DNA of 12,530 nucleotides from a candidate division WOR-3 bacterium (GTDB lineage Bacteria > Hydrothermota > Tepidihabitantia > Tepidihabitantales > Tepidihabitantaceae), in the NCBI GenBank assembly GCA_965648935.1, contig CBFGIY010000069.1:1-12530 (forward strand), given 5' to 3'. Positions within the stretch are counted from its first letter, which is position 1; each line of letters starts with the position of its first letter. This document shows positions 1-5,778 of the stretch, in pieces. Both the position numbers and the translations under genes were made by a program. Under the pieces are notes generated by a model. That model was not told the origin of the DNA. It saw only the letters and a program-made list of their open reading frames with translations, and made no database searches.

Positions 1-1209
1 GCCGCGCTCCTGCCCGAGGCGCGCGCCGCGATGCTTGAATTTCTCGACCCCGAGTTCGGCAATCCTTCAAGCTTGCACTCGCTGGGCGCGAGGCCGAAGG
101 CCGCGCTTGAGGCCGCGCGCGCCGAGGTCGCCGCGCTTATCAACGCCCGACCCGGCGAGATTGTCTTCGCCGCGTCGGGTTCCGAGGCCAACAACCACGC
201 AATCAAGGGCCTGGCCCTCGCCCGGATGGACAAGGGCCGCCATGTCGTCGTCTCCGCGGTCGAGCACGCTTCGGTGCTCGAGCCGGCACGCTCGCTCGGC
301 CGGCTGGGATTCGAGGTGACCGAGGTGCCGGTTGACCGCGCCGGGGTGGTCCATCCCGACGCGCTGGCCGCCGCTATCCGGCCCGACACCGCGCTGGTGT
401 CGGTGATGCATGCCAACTACGAGGTCGGCACGCTGCAGGACATCGCCGCGCTGGCCGCGGTGGCGCGTGAGCGGGGCGTGCCGTTTCACTCCGACGGCTG
501 CGCCGCGGTCGGCCGGGTGCCGGTCGACGTGGCGGCGCTGGGCGTGGACGTGTACTCCTTCCCGGCTCAGTCGGTCTACGGCCCGCGCGGCGCGGCCGCG
601 CTCTGGCTGCGCCGCGGCCTGCGCATACCCTCGCTCATCGCCGGCGGGGTCCAGGAAGGCGGCCGCCGCGCCGGCACAGAGGACGTCGCCGCGATTGCCG
701 GATTCGGCGCGGCCGCCCGGGTCGCCCGCGACGGCGTTCTGCAGTGGGGGCCGGAGATGGCGCGGCTCGCGCGCCGTATCCGCGCCGAGCTGCCCGCGCG
801 GCTCGAGCGGCTGGTGTTCACCGGCCCGGAGGAAGGCCGCATCCCGGGCCACGTTTCGGTCTGCTGCGAGTTTGTCGAGGGCGAGGCGATGCTTCTGTTC
901 CTCGACGATGCGGGAATCAGCGCGGCCTCGGGCTCGTCCTGCACCGCGAAGACGCTGAAGGTGTCGCACGTGCTGCTGGCCATGGGCCTGCCCCACGCCC
1001 TGGCCCAGACCTCGCTCGTGCTGACCCTGGGCCGCGCCTCGACCGACGCCGAGGTCGACCTGCTGCTTGGGAAACTGCCGCCCGTCATCACGCGCCTGCG
1101 CGCGATGTCGCCGCTGTACGCGAAGTATCAGAAGGGTGAGGACCCCTACGCCCTCCGACCGGGCGAGTCCTGCGACGACGACCACCACCACGAAGAAGAG
1201 GAGAACTGA
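1..1209 (+). CDS. iscS: IscS/NifS-family cysteine desulfurase homologue, 5'-truncated by the window edge; lacks the PLP-binding Lys
   Basis: The frame is open from base 1 (AALLPEARAAMLEFL...). Motifs FGNPSSLH, SGSEANN, EHASV, MHANYEVG, GGVQEGGRRAGT and the catalytic-Cys loop SGSSCT are present. The canonical S-x-H-K-x-Y-G-P-K-G reads PAQSVYGPRG. It lies directly upstream of iscU. Confidence 0.93.
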   Translation, partial: AALLPEARAAMLEFLDPEFGNPSSLHSLGARPKAALEAARAEVAALINARPGEIVFAASGSEANNHAIKGLALARMDKGRHVVVSAVEHASVLEPARSLGRLGFEVTEVPVDRAGVVHPDALAAAIRPDTALVSVMHANYEVGTLQDIAALAAVARERGVPFHSDGCAAVGRVPVDVAALGVDVYSFPAQSVYGPRGAAALWLRRGLRIPSLIAGGVQEGGRRAGTEDVAAIAGFGAAARVARDGVLQWGPEMARLARRIRAELPARLERLVFTGPEEGRIPGHVSVCCEFVEGEAMLLFLDDAGISAASGSSCTAKTLKVSHVLLAMGLPHALAQTSLVLTLGRASTDAEVDLLLGKLPPVITRLRAMSPLYAKYQKGEDPYALRPGESCDDDHHHEEEEN

Positions 1210-1580
1210 TGTATTCCGAAAAGGTAATGGAGCACTTCCGCAACCCGCGCAACGTCGGCGAGATCGAGGGCGCCGACGGCGTCGGGGAGATAGGCAACCC
1301 GGTCTGCGGCGACATGATGACTTTCTACATCAAGGTCGAGAACGGCCGGCTCGCCGACGTGAAGTTCAAGACTTTCGGCTGCGGCGCCGCGATTGCCGTC
1401 TCGTCGATGGTCAGCGAGATGGCCATCGGCAAGACCCTCGACGAGGCGATGCAGATAACCAACGCCGACGTCGCCCGCGAGCTGGGCGGCCTGCCCCCGA
1501 ACAAGCTGCACTGTTCCAACCTCGGGGCCGACGCCCTGCACAAGGCGATCGAGGCCTACCGCGCGAAGGAGGCGAAATGA
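1209..1580 (+). CDS. iscU: Fe-S cluster scaffold IscU/NifU (N-terminal domain type)
   Basis: MYSEKVMEHFRNPRNVG, GNPVCGD, KTFGCGAAIA and LPPNKLHCS give all three cluster Cys plus the conserved Asp and His. TGATG overlap with the iscS stop. Confidence 0.96.
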   Translation: MYSEKVMEHFRNPRNVGEIEGADGVGEIGNPVCGDMMTFYIKVENGRLADVKFKTFGCGAAIAVSSMVSEMAIGKTLDEAMQITNADVARELGGLPPNKLHCSNLGADALHKAIEAYRAKEAK

Positions 1581-1771
1581 GCCGCGACCAGGACCGCGGA
1601 TGCCGCTGCCCGTACTGCGACGGGCCGGCCGACAAGGACAGCTCGCTCTGCTCGCCCTGCGGCGCGCGCGTGCGCCGCTGCGAGAAGTGCGGCAAGCCCA
1701 TTCCCGCCGACACCCGCGACTGCCCTGACTGCGGCCGCGGGCAATCCGACCAGTCAAGGAGGAACCGCTGA
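1577..1771 (+). CDS. Small (64 aa) double zinc-ribbon-like Cys-rich protein
   Basis: ATG at 1577 overlaps the iscU stop (ATGA), with SD AAGGAGG at 1566-1572. Four CxxC pairs (CPYC, CSPC, CEKC, CPDC). The stop overlaps the next ATG. It is the tail of track ORF 1067..1771. Confidence 0.85.
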   Translation: MSRDQDRGCRCPYCDGPADKDSSLCSPCGARVRRCEKCGKPIPADTRDCPDCGRGQSDQSRRNR

Positions 1772-2052
1772 TGACCGCGACAAAGGTGCCCGGCAAGAAC
1801 AACAAGCACAAGGTCTTCATCTACGCCCTTTCGACCTGCGGCTGGTGCCGCAAGGCCAAGGAGATGCTCCAGCAGCGCGAGGTCGAGTTCGAGTACGTCT
1901 TCGTGGACCAGCTTTCCGGCGAGGAGCGCACCGCGGCGATGGACGCGGTTCGCGCCCTGAACCCGCGCGGCTCTTTCCCGACCATCAAGGTCGACGACGA
2001 GGTCGTGGTCGGGTTCGACGAGGAGCGGCTGACCCAGCTCTGCGAGTGCTAG
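1771..2052 (+). CDS. Glutaredoxin/NrdH-like redoxin
   Basis: YALSTCGWCRKAK active site (CGWC), SFPTI cis-Pro motif, VVGFDE. SD AAGGAGG upstream. Confidence 0.92.
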   Translation: MTATKVPGKNNKHKVFIYALSTCGWCRKAKEMLQQREVEFEYVFVDQLSGEERTAAMDAVRALNPRGSFPTIKVDDEVVVGFDEERLTQLCEC

Positions 2053-2053
2053 G

Positions 2054-2569
2054 ATGGCGCGCGAGTTTGCGCCCGAGGTTCACGCCGCCTGGGAAAAGCT
2101 CCGGCGCGAGGCCGAGGCCGGCGGCTACCGGCTGAACCCGGACAAGGAGTTCACGCTCAGCCTCATCGAAGGCCTGCTCGAGAACGAGCGCCGCTACGGC
2201 TACTGGATGTGCCCGTGCCGGCTCGCCTTCGGCGAGAAGCAGAAGGACCTCGACCTCATCTGCCCGTGCGACTACCGCGACGCCGACCTCGAGGAGCACG
2301 GCGCGTGCTACTGCGCGCTCTACGTGACCGAGGACTGGATAGCGGGAAAAAAGCCCCGCGGCTCGATCCCCGAGCGCCGGCCTGAAAAGTTCGCGCGCGA
2401 GGGCTACTCGGAGTCGCCGGCGCCCGGCCCGGCTTCCCCGGCCCCGGCCGGCCTCAGCCACCCGGTGTGGCGCTGCAAGGTCTGCGGCTACCTCTGCGCG
2501 CGCGACGAGCCGCCCGGAGTCTGCCCGGTGTGCAAGGCGAAGAAAGACCGGTTCGAGAGGTTCATGTAG
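2054..2569 (+). CDS. Ferredoxin-thioredoxin reductase catalytic-subunit-like protein with C-terminal rubredoxin domain (ferredoxin:disulfide reductase type)
   Basis: FTR motifs YGYWMCPCR, ICPCDY and GACYCALY, then a Pro/Ala linker, then rubredoxin-like WRCKVCGY...PPGVCPVCKA. Confidence 0.92.
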   Translation: MAREFAPEVHAAWEKLRREAEAGGYRLNPDKEFTLSLIEGLLENERRYGYWMCPCRLAFGEKQKDLDLICPCDYRDADLEEHGACYCALYVTEDWIAGKKPRGSIPERRPEKFAREGYSESPAPGPASPAPAGLSHPVWRCKVCGYLCARDEPPGVCPVCKAKKDRFERFM

Positions 2570-2571
2570 CA

Positions 2572-2874
2572 ATGCCCATCGTTGAAGTCAGCATCGTGCC
2601 CGTCGGCACCGGCTCGACCGGGGTCAGCCGCTACGTGCGCGCCGCAGTCGACTGCATCCGCCGGTCCGGGCTTGACTACGAGGTCACGCCGATGGGCACC
2701 TGCCTGCAGGGCGACTGGGACCTCATCTTCGCCACCATCAAGGCGATGCACGAAACCCTGGCCGCGCTCGGCTGCGCCCGGCTGGTCACCACCATCAAGG
2801 TCGATGACCGCCGCGACCGGCCCCAGTCAATGCGGGCCAAGGTCGACAAGGCCCTGGGCAGGTACCCGGCCTGA
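2572..2874 (+). CDS. MTH1187/YkoF-like thiamine-binding family protein
   Basis: MPIVEVSIVPVGTGSTGVSRYV...YEVTPMGT.L.G...TTIKVDDRRD...KV pattern, 100 aa. ATG at 2572, 2 nt after the previous stop; the longer track ORF from 2467 overlaps the upstream gene. Confidence 0.88.
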   Translation: MPIVEVSIVPVGTGSTGVSRYVRAAVDCIRRSGLDYEVTPMGTCLQGDWDLIFATIKAMHETLAALGCARLVTTIKVDDRRDRPQSMRAKVDKALGRYPA

Positions 2875-2899
2875 GCCGTGGCCGGCCTTGCCGTTTTTT
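2857..2899 (+). terminator. Probable intrinsic terminator of the isc/redox operon
   Basis: Stem CCGGCC(2866-2871)/GGCCGG(2880-2885), extendable by GGCAGG/CCTTGCC, followed by TTTTTT (2894-2899). The TGA stop lies in the loop. Confidence 0.6.
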
Positions 2900-2902
2900 C
2901 TG

Positions 2903-2931
2903 TTGACAGGCGGGCCCGGCCGGTTCATAAT
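2903..2931 (+). promoter_or_regulatory. Sigma70-type promoter
   Basis: TTGACA (2903-2908), 17 bp spacer, CATAAT (2926-2931), preceded by a T-tract. Confidence 0.8.
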
Positions 2932-2937
2932 GCATCG

Positions 2938-3165
2938 TTAGGAGATAAGGGTTTGCTCAAAGAGGACGATCGTTGTCTGCCCGTCGAGACTGGTTTCGGG
3001 GTATCGCGCGACACGCAAAATGACAGCGGCACTGACCGGTGCCGGGTTACTGTGACGAGCTGGCGGCTATTGCCGTCGGGCTTGGCTTGTCACGCCCGCG
3101 TTGCCGGGCAGTACCGCTAAGGGCTAGAGACAGGACTGTGAGCGCGGCGAACTGAGCCGCGGGGT
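2938..3165 (+). other. Long leader with hairpins: candidate cis-regulatory RNA/ncRNA, or a 55-aa TTG-start ORF (2953-3120)
   Basis: Hairpins at 3027-3044 and 3052-3093, possible long-range pair CTGCCCG(2977-2983)/CGGGCAG(3105-3111), and a hairpin at ~3142-3161 before the SD. No RNA family recognised. Confidence 0.35.
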
Positions 3166-3175
3166 GGAGGCCAGA

Positions 3176-3418
3176 ATGTCGGATATGATAAGCGTTGCGT
3201 GGCAACGGGCCATGCATCAGCTCGAAGAGGAAGGTGTCAGCATCGCCGCCGAAGAGGAAACGGTGCTTGAGACCGTCCGCCAGGACTTTGAAAACCTGGC
3301 CGCGCCCATCCAGGACCAGCCCGGCTTCGAGGACGAAGCGCCCAAGCTGGCCGCGTGGATGGTGACCTATGCGCTCGAAAGAGACCGCATCGGTCTGACT
3401 GATTACGAGAGCTTCTAG
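3176..3418 (+). CDS. Small acidic hypothetical protein, paralogue 1 (80 aa)
   Basis: SD GGAGG at 3166-3170 and ATG at 3176. Gapless alignment with the next ORF (46/77 identical by hand count, mostly conservative changes) supports coding status. Confidence 0.85.
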   Translation: MSDMISVAWQRAMHQLEEEGVSIAAEEETVLETVRQDFENLAAPIQDQPGFEDEAPKLAAWMVTYALERDRIGLTDYESF

Positions 3419-3455
3419 GGGCCGCTAGAAACAGCGGCGGGAAGGAAGGGGTGAT

Positions 3456-3689
3456 ATGGTCAGTGTTCTATGGCAGCGCGCGCTCGATGAACTGCAGCAG
3501 CAGGGGATGTTCATCGACGCCCGCGAAGAGAGCATCGTCGAATCGGTCCGCACCGATTTCGAAAGATTGTCCGCATCGGTCCAGGAACAACCCGGTTTTG
3601 AGGAAGAGGCGACCAGGCTCGCCGCGTGGATGGTCAGCTACGCCATCGAGCGCGAGCGCCTGGGCCTGACCGAGTACGAAAACTTCTAG
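3456..3689 (+). CDS. Small acidic hypothetical protein, paralogue 2 (77 aa)
   Basis: Purine-rich SD-like AAGGAAGGGG upstream. Paralogue of 3176..3418, sharing WQRA, QPGFE.EA, LAAWMV.YA.ER.R.GLT.YE.F. Confidence 0.85.
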   Translation: MVSVLWQRALDELQQQGMFIDAREESIVESVRTDFERLSASVQEQPGFEEEATRLAAWMVSYAIERERLGLTEYENF

Positions 3690-3743
3690 GGCTGGCCTGC
3701 GGCCGGGAGGGAAAGAGACACAAGCGTCCGGGTCTGTTCGGCG

Positions 3744-4085
3744 CTAGCGTTCGGCCTGCTCAAGGTACTCCACCGCCTTGCGCAGGTGCGGAATCACTAT
3801 CGACCCGCCGACAACGAGGCCGACATTGAGCGCGTCGAGAATCTCCCCGCGCGTCACGCCCGCGGCAAGGCACTGGTCAATGTGATACCCGACGCAGGCG
3901 TCGCAGCGCAGGACGAGCGAGGCGCACAGCCCGAGCAGTTCTTTGGTGCGGGCCGGCAGCGCGCCGTCGGCATAGGCCTGGCTGTCGAGCGCGAAAAAGC
4001 GCTTGATGCCCAGGTGCCCGCAGGAGAGCACCTTCTCGTTGAGCTCGGCCCGGCGGCGGCGCATCTCTTCCCGGCTCTCGCTCAC
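3744..4085 (-). CDS. Carboxymuconolactone decarboxylase / AhpD-like family protein
   Basis: GALPARTKELLGLCASLVLRCDACVGYH: AhpD core with CxxC and His. ATGA overlap with the upstream gene. Confidence 0.9.
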   Translation of the reverse strand: MSESREEMRRRRAELNEKVLSCGHLGIKRFFALDSQAYADGALPARTKELLGLCASLVLRCDACVGYHIDQCLAAGVTRGEILDALNVGLVVGGSIVIPHLRKAVEYLEQAER

Positions 4086-5077
4086 TGCCCGCTACTCTCT
4101 TTCGCCGCCCCTGCCCGGCCGGCGCCGGAATCCTGACTCTTCTCCGGCGAACCCTCCTTGAGCACCTTGCTCAGCACCCAGGTCGTGGCCACGGCCAGAA
4201 CCAGCCGCGGCACCGAAATCCAGAAGATATTCGCCCCGAGCACGACGAAGATTGCCGTGTCCTCGAACAGCCCGTGACAGAGCGCGAGGAAAGTCGCGAC
4301 CAGGGTCACCTGTTTGGGCGACAGGCCGCCCTCGCGCACCGTCTCGGTGATCACGCCGGCGCCGAACACGATGCCGAACACGTTGCCCGCCAGCCAGGGC
4401 ATCCCGGCCGCGGGCGAAAGCCCGATGAACCGCGTCGCCCGGTTGATGCCGGCCAGAATCTTCGCCAGCAGGCCGTAGCGCTTGAAGACCTCGAGCACGA
4501 TGAAGATGCCGACAAGCACAAGGAGCATCTTCAGCGCGGTGTCCCACAGGCCCCTGCCCCACTCCGCGGCCGCCGGCCCGATGCCCGGCCAGTCGCGGTG
4601 CGCCATCGCCGCGAGCTTGGCCGCGGCCTCGGCCCCGGCCTCGGCCGCCCTGCCGCGCAGCGTGAGCGCGGCCAGTCCCCAGCCGGCCAGGCCCGAGAGC
4701 ACCAGCCGGACGAACCACAGCAGCCACCACTTGGCCTTGATCTGAGCGAACACCGCGGTCTCGAGCAGCTGCGAGTGCGACAGCAGGAGCATCAGGCTGA
4801 GCACCGTGAGCTGGGGCCGCGGCAGCCCGAGCGCGGTGATCGCCCCCAGTCCGGCATAGAGGTTGATGAAGTTGCCGAGGATGACCGCTATCGCCGCCTC
4901 GCCGGGCAGGCCGAAGTACTTCATCGCCGGCGCGGTGAAGTCGGCGAACGCGCGCAGGAGCGGCGTGTAGCGCAGCACCTGGACCAGCGTGTACACCGGC
5001 CCGACAATCAGCATCAGCTTGAGGAACGCACGCACCCCGTGCCACGCGCCGAGCCCGACCGTGCGCGCCGGGCTCAT
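4082..5077 (-). CDS. Membrane protein with two nucleoside-recognition (Gate)-like repeats
   Basis: Start MSPARTVGL at 5077 overlaps the lpxH-like stop. Multiple hydrophobic helices and two related halves (PAMKYFGLPGEAA...HSQLLET and ATRFIGLSPAAG...CHGLFEDT). Confidence 0.8.
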   Translation of the reverse strand: MSPARTVGLGAWHGVRAFLKLMLIVGPVYTLVQVLRYTPLLRAFADFTAPAMKYFGLPGEAAIAVILGNFINLYAGLGAITALGLPRPQLTVLSLMLLLSHSQLLETAVFAQIKAKWWLLWFVRLVLSGLAGWGLAALTLRGRAAEAGAEAAAKLAAMAHRDWPGIGPAAAEWGRGLWDTALKMLLVLVGIFIVLEVFKRYGLLAKILAGINRATRFIGLSPAAGMPWLAGNVFGIVFGAGVITETVREGGLSPKQVTLVATFLALCHGLFEDTAIFVVLGANIFWISVPRLVLAVATTWVLSKVLKEGSPEKSQDSGAGRAGAAKESSGQ

Positions 5078-5778
5078 CCGGCGAACCGCTCCAGCGCGGG
5101 CTGCCCGTCGCGCACCACGCAGTAGGTGAAATGCTCGAGCCAGTCGCCGGTGTTGGCGTAGGCGCGGCCGCCCTGCTCGACCAGCTCCGGCTCGTGCGTG
5201 TGGCCCATCACGACGAGGTCGAAGCCCGCGGCCAGCCGGCCGAGGGCGAACTCGCGCATCCGCTGCCGCAGTTCGGGACTGGCCGCGGACTGGCGGCTTC
5301 GGGCCGCGACCCATTCGGCAAGGCCGATGCCCAGGTCCGGGTGCAGCATCGAGTAAAGCCGCGCGTTGAGCCGGCTGTGCATCACCGCCCTGAAAAACCG
5401 CGGCACCAGGCCGGTGTCCAGCGCGTCGCCGTGGCACACAAGCGCCCGCCTGCCGTCTATGGTCTCCTCCAGCCGGTCGGCCGCGCGCGCGCCGCCCAGC
5501 TCGCGTCCGAGAAACTCGCCGAACCAGAAATCGTGGTTGCCCTTGAGATACGTCAGGCGCGTGCCGGCGCTGACCAGGCCGGACAGCGCGGCCAGCACCC
5601 GGAAGCCCCGCTTCGGGATGACCCGGCCGTACTCGAACCAGAACTCGAAAAGGTCGCCGAGGATGTAGAGCGAATCGGCCCGGCCGCGCAGCGAATCAAT
5701 GAACCGGACAAGCCGGTCCTCGGCCGCGGCCGGCCCCGCCCCGACATGGGCGTCAGACACGAAGTAGTGCGCGCTCAA
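5074..5778 (-). CDS. lpxH: UDP-2,3-diacylglucosamine diphosphatase-like metallophosphoesterase
   Basis: Calcineurin-like motifs SDAHVG, LGDLFEFW, GNHDFW, HGD, MGHTH and NTGDW. TTG start. Confidence 0.8.
   Translation of the reverse strand: MSAHYFVSDAHVGAGPAAAEDRLVRFIDSLRGRADSLYILGDLFEFWFEYGRVIPKRGFRVLAALSGLVSAGTRLTYLKGNHDFWFGEFLGRELGGARAADRLEETIDGRRALVCHGDALDTGLVPRFFRAVMHSRLNARLYSMLHPDLGIGLAEWVAARSRQSAASPELRQRMREFALGRLAAGFDLVVMGHTHEPELVEQGGRAYANTGDWLEHFTYCVVRDGQPALERFAG

Noticed and set aside
1207..1771. TGA codons in Cys-rich redox genes as possible selenocysteine
   Set aside because: The TGAs at 1207, 1578 and 1769 each overlap the next start codon and fall after complete domains; none sits at a catalytic Cys position.
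3005..3055. ACGCAAAA...GGGTTAC resembling part of a c-di-GMP-I (GEMM) riboswitch
   Set aside because: The upstream GGCAAA/GAAA-tetraloop stem and the receptor elements are not present; the resemblance is too partial.
2960..3120. Lysine riboswitch, SRP, 6S or tRNA identity for the leader
   Set aside because: Only an AGAGG start matches the lysine riboswitch. There is no SRP GGAA-loop motif, no cloverleaf or T-loop, and no continuous 6S-like rod evident by eye.
3690..3743. Terminator between the convergent paralogue 2 and AhpD genes
   Set aside because: Only a short CTGGCC/GGCCGG stem with no clear U-tract on either strand.
3176..3744. Small paralogues as integron cassettes, a toxin-antitoxin pair or a mobile-element cargo
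   Set aside because: No attC-like inverted repeats, integrase, transposase or target duplications. The two genes are homologous to each other rather than a toxin plus antitoxin.
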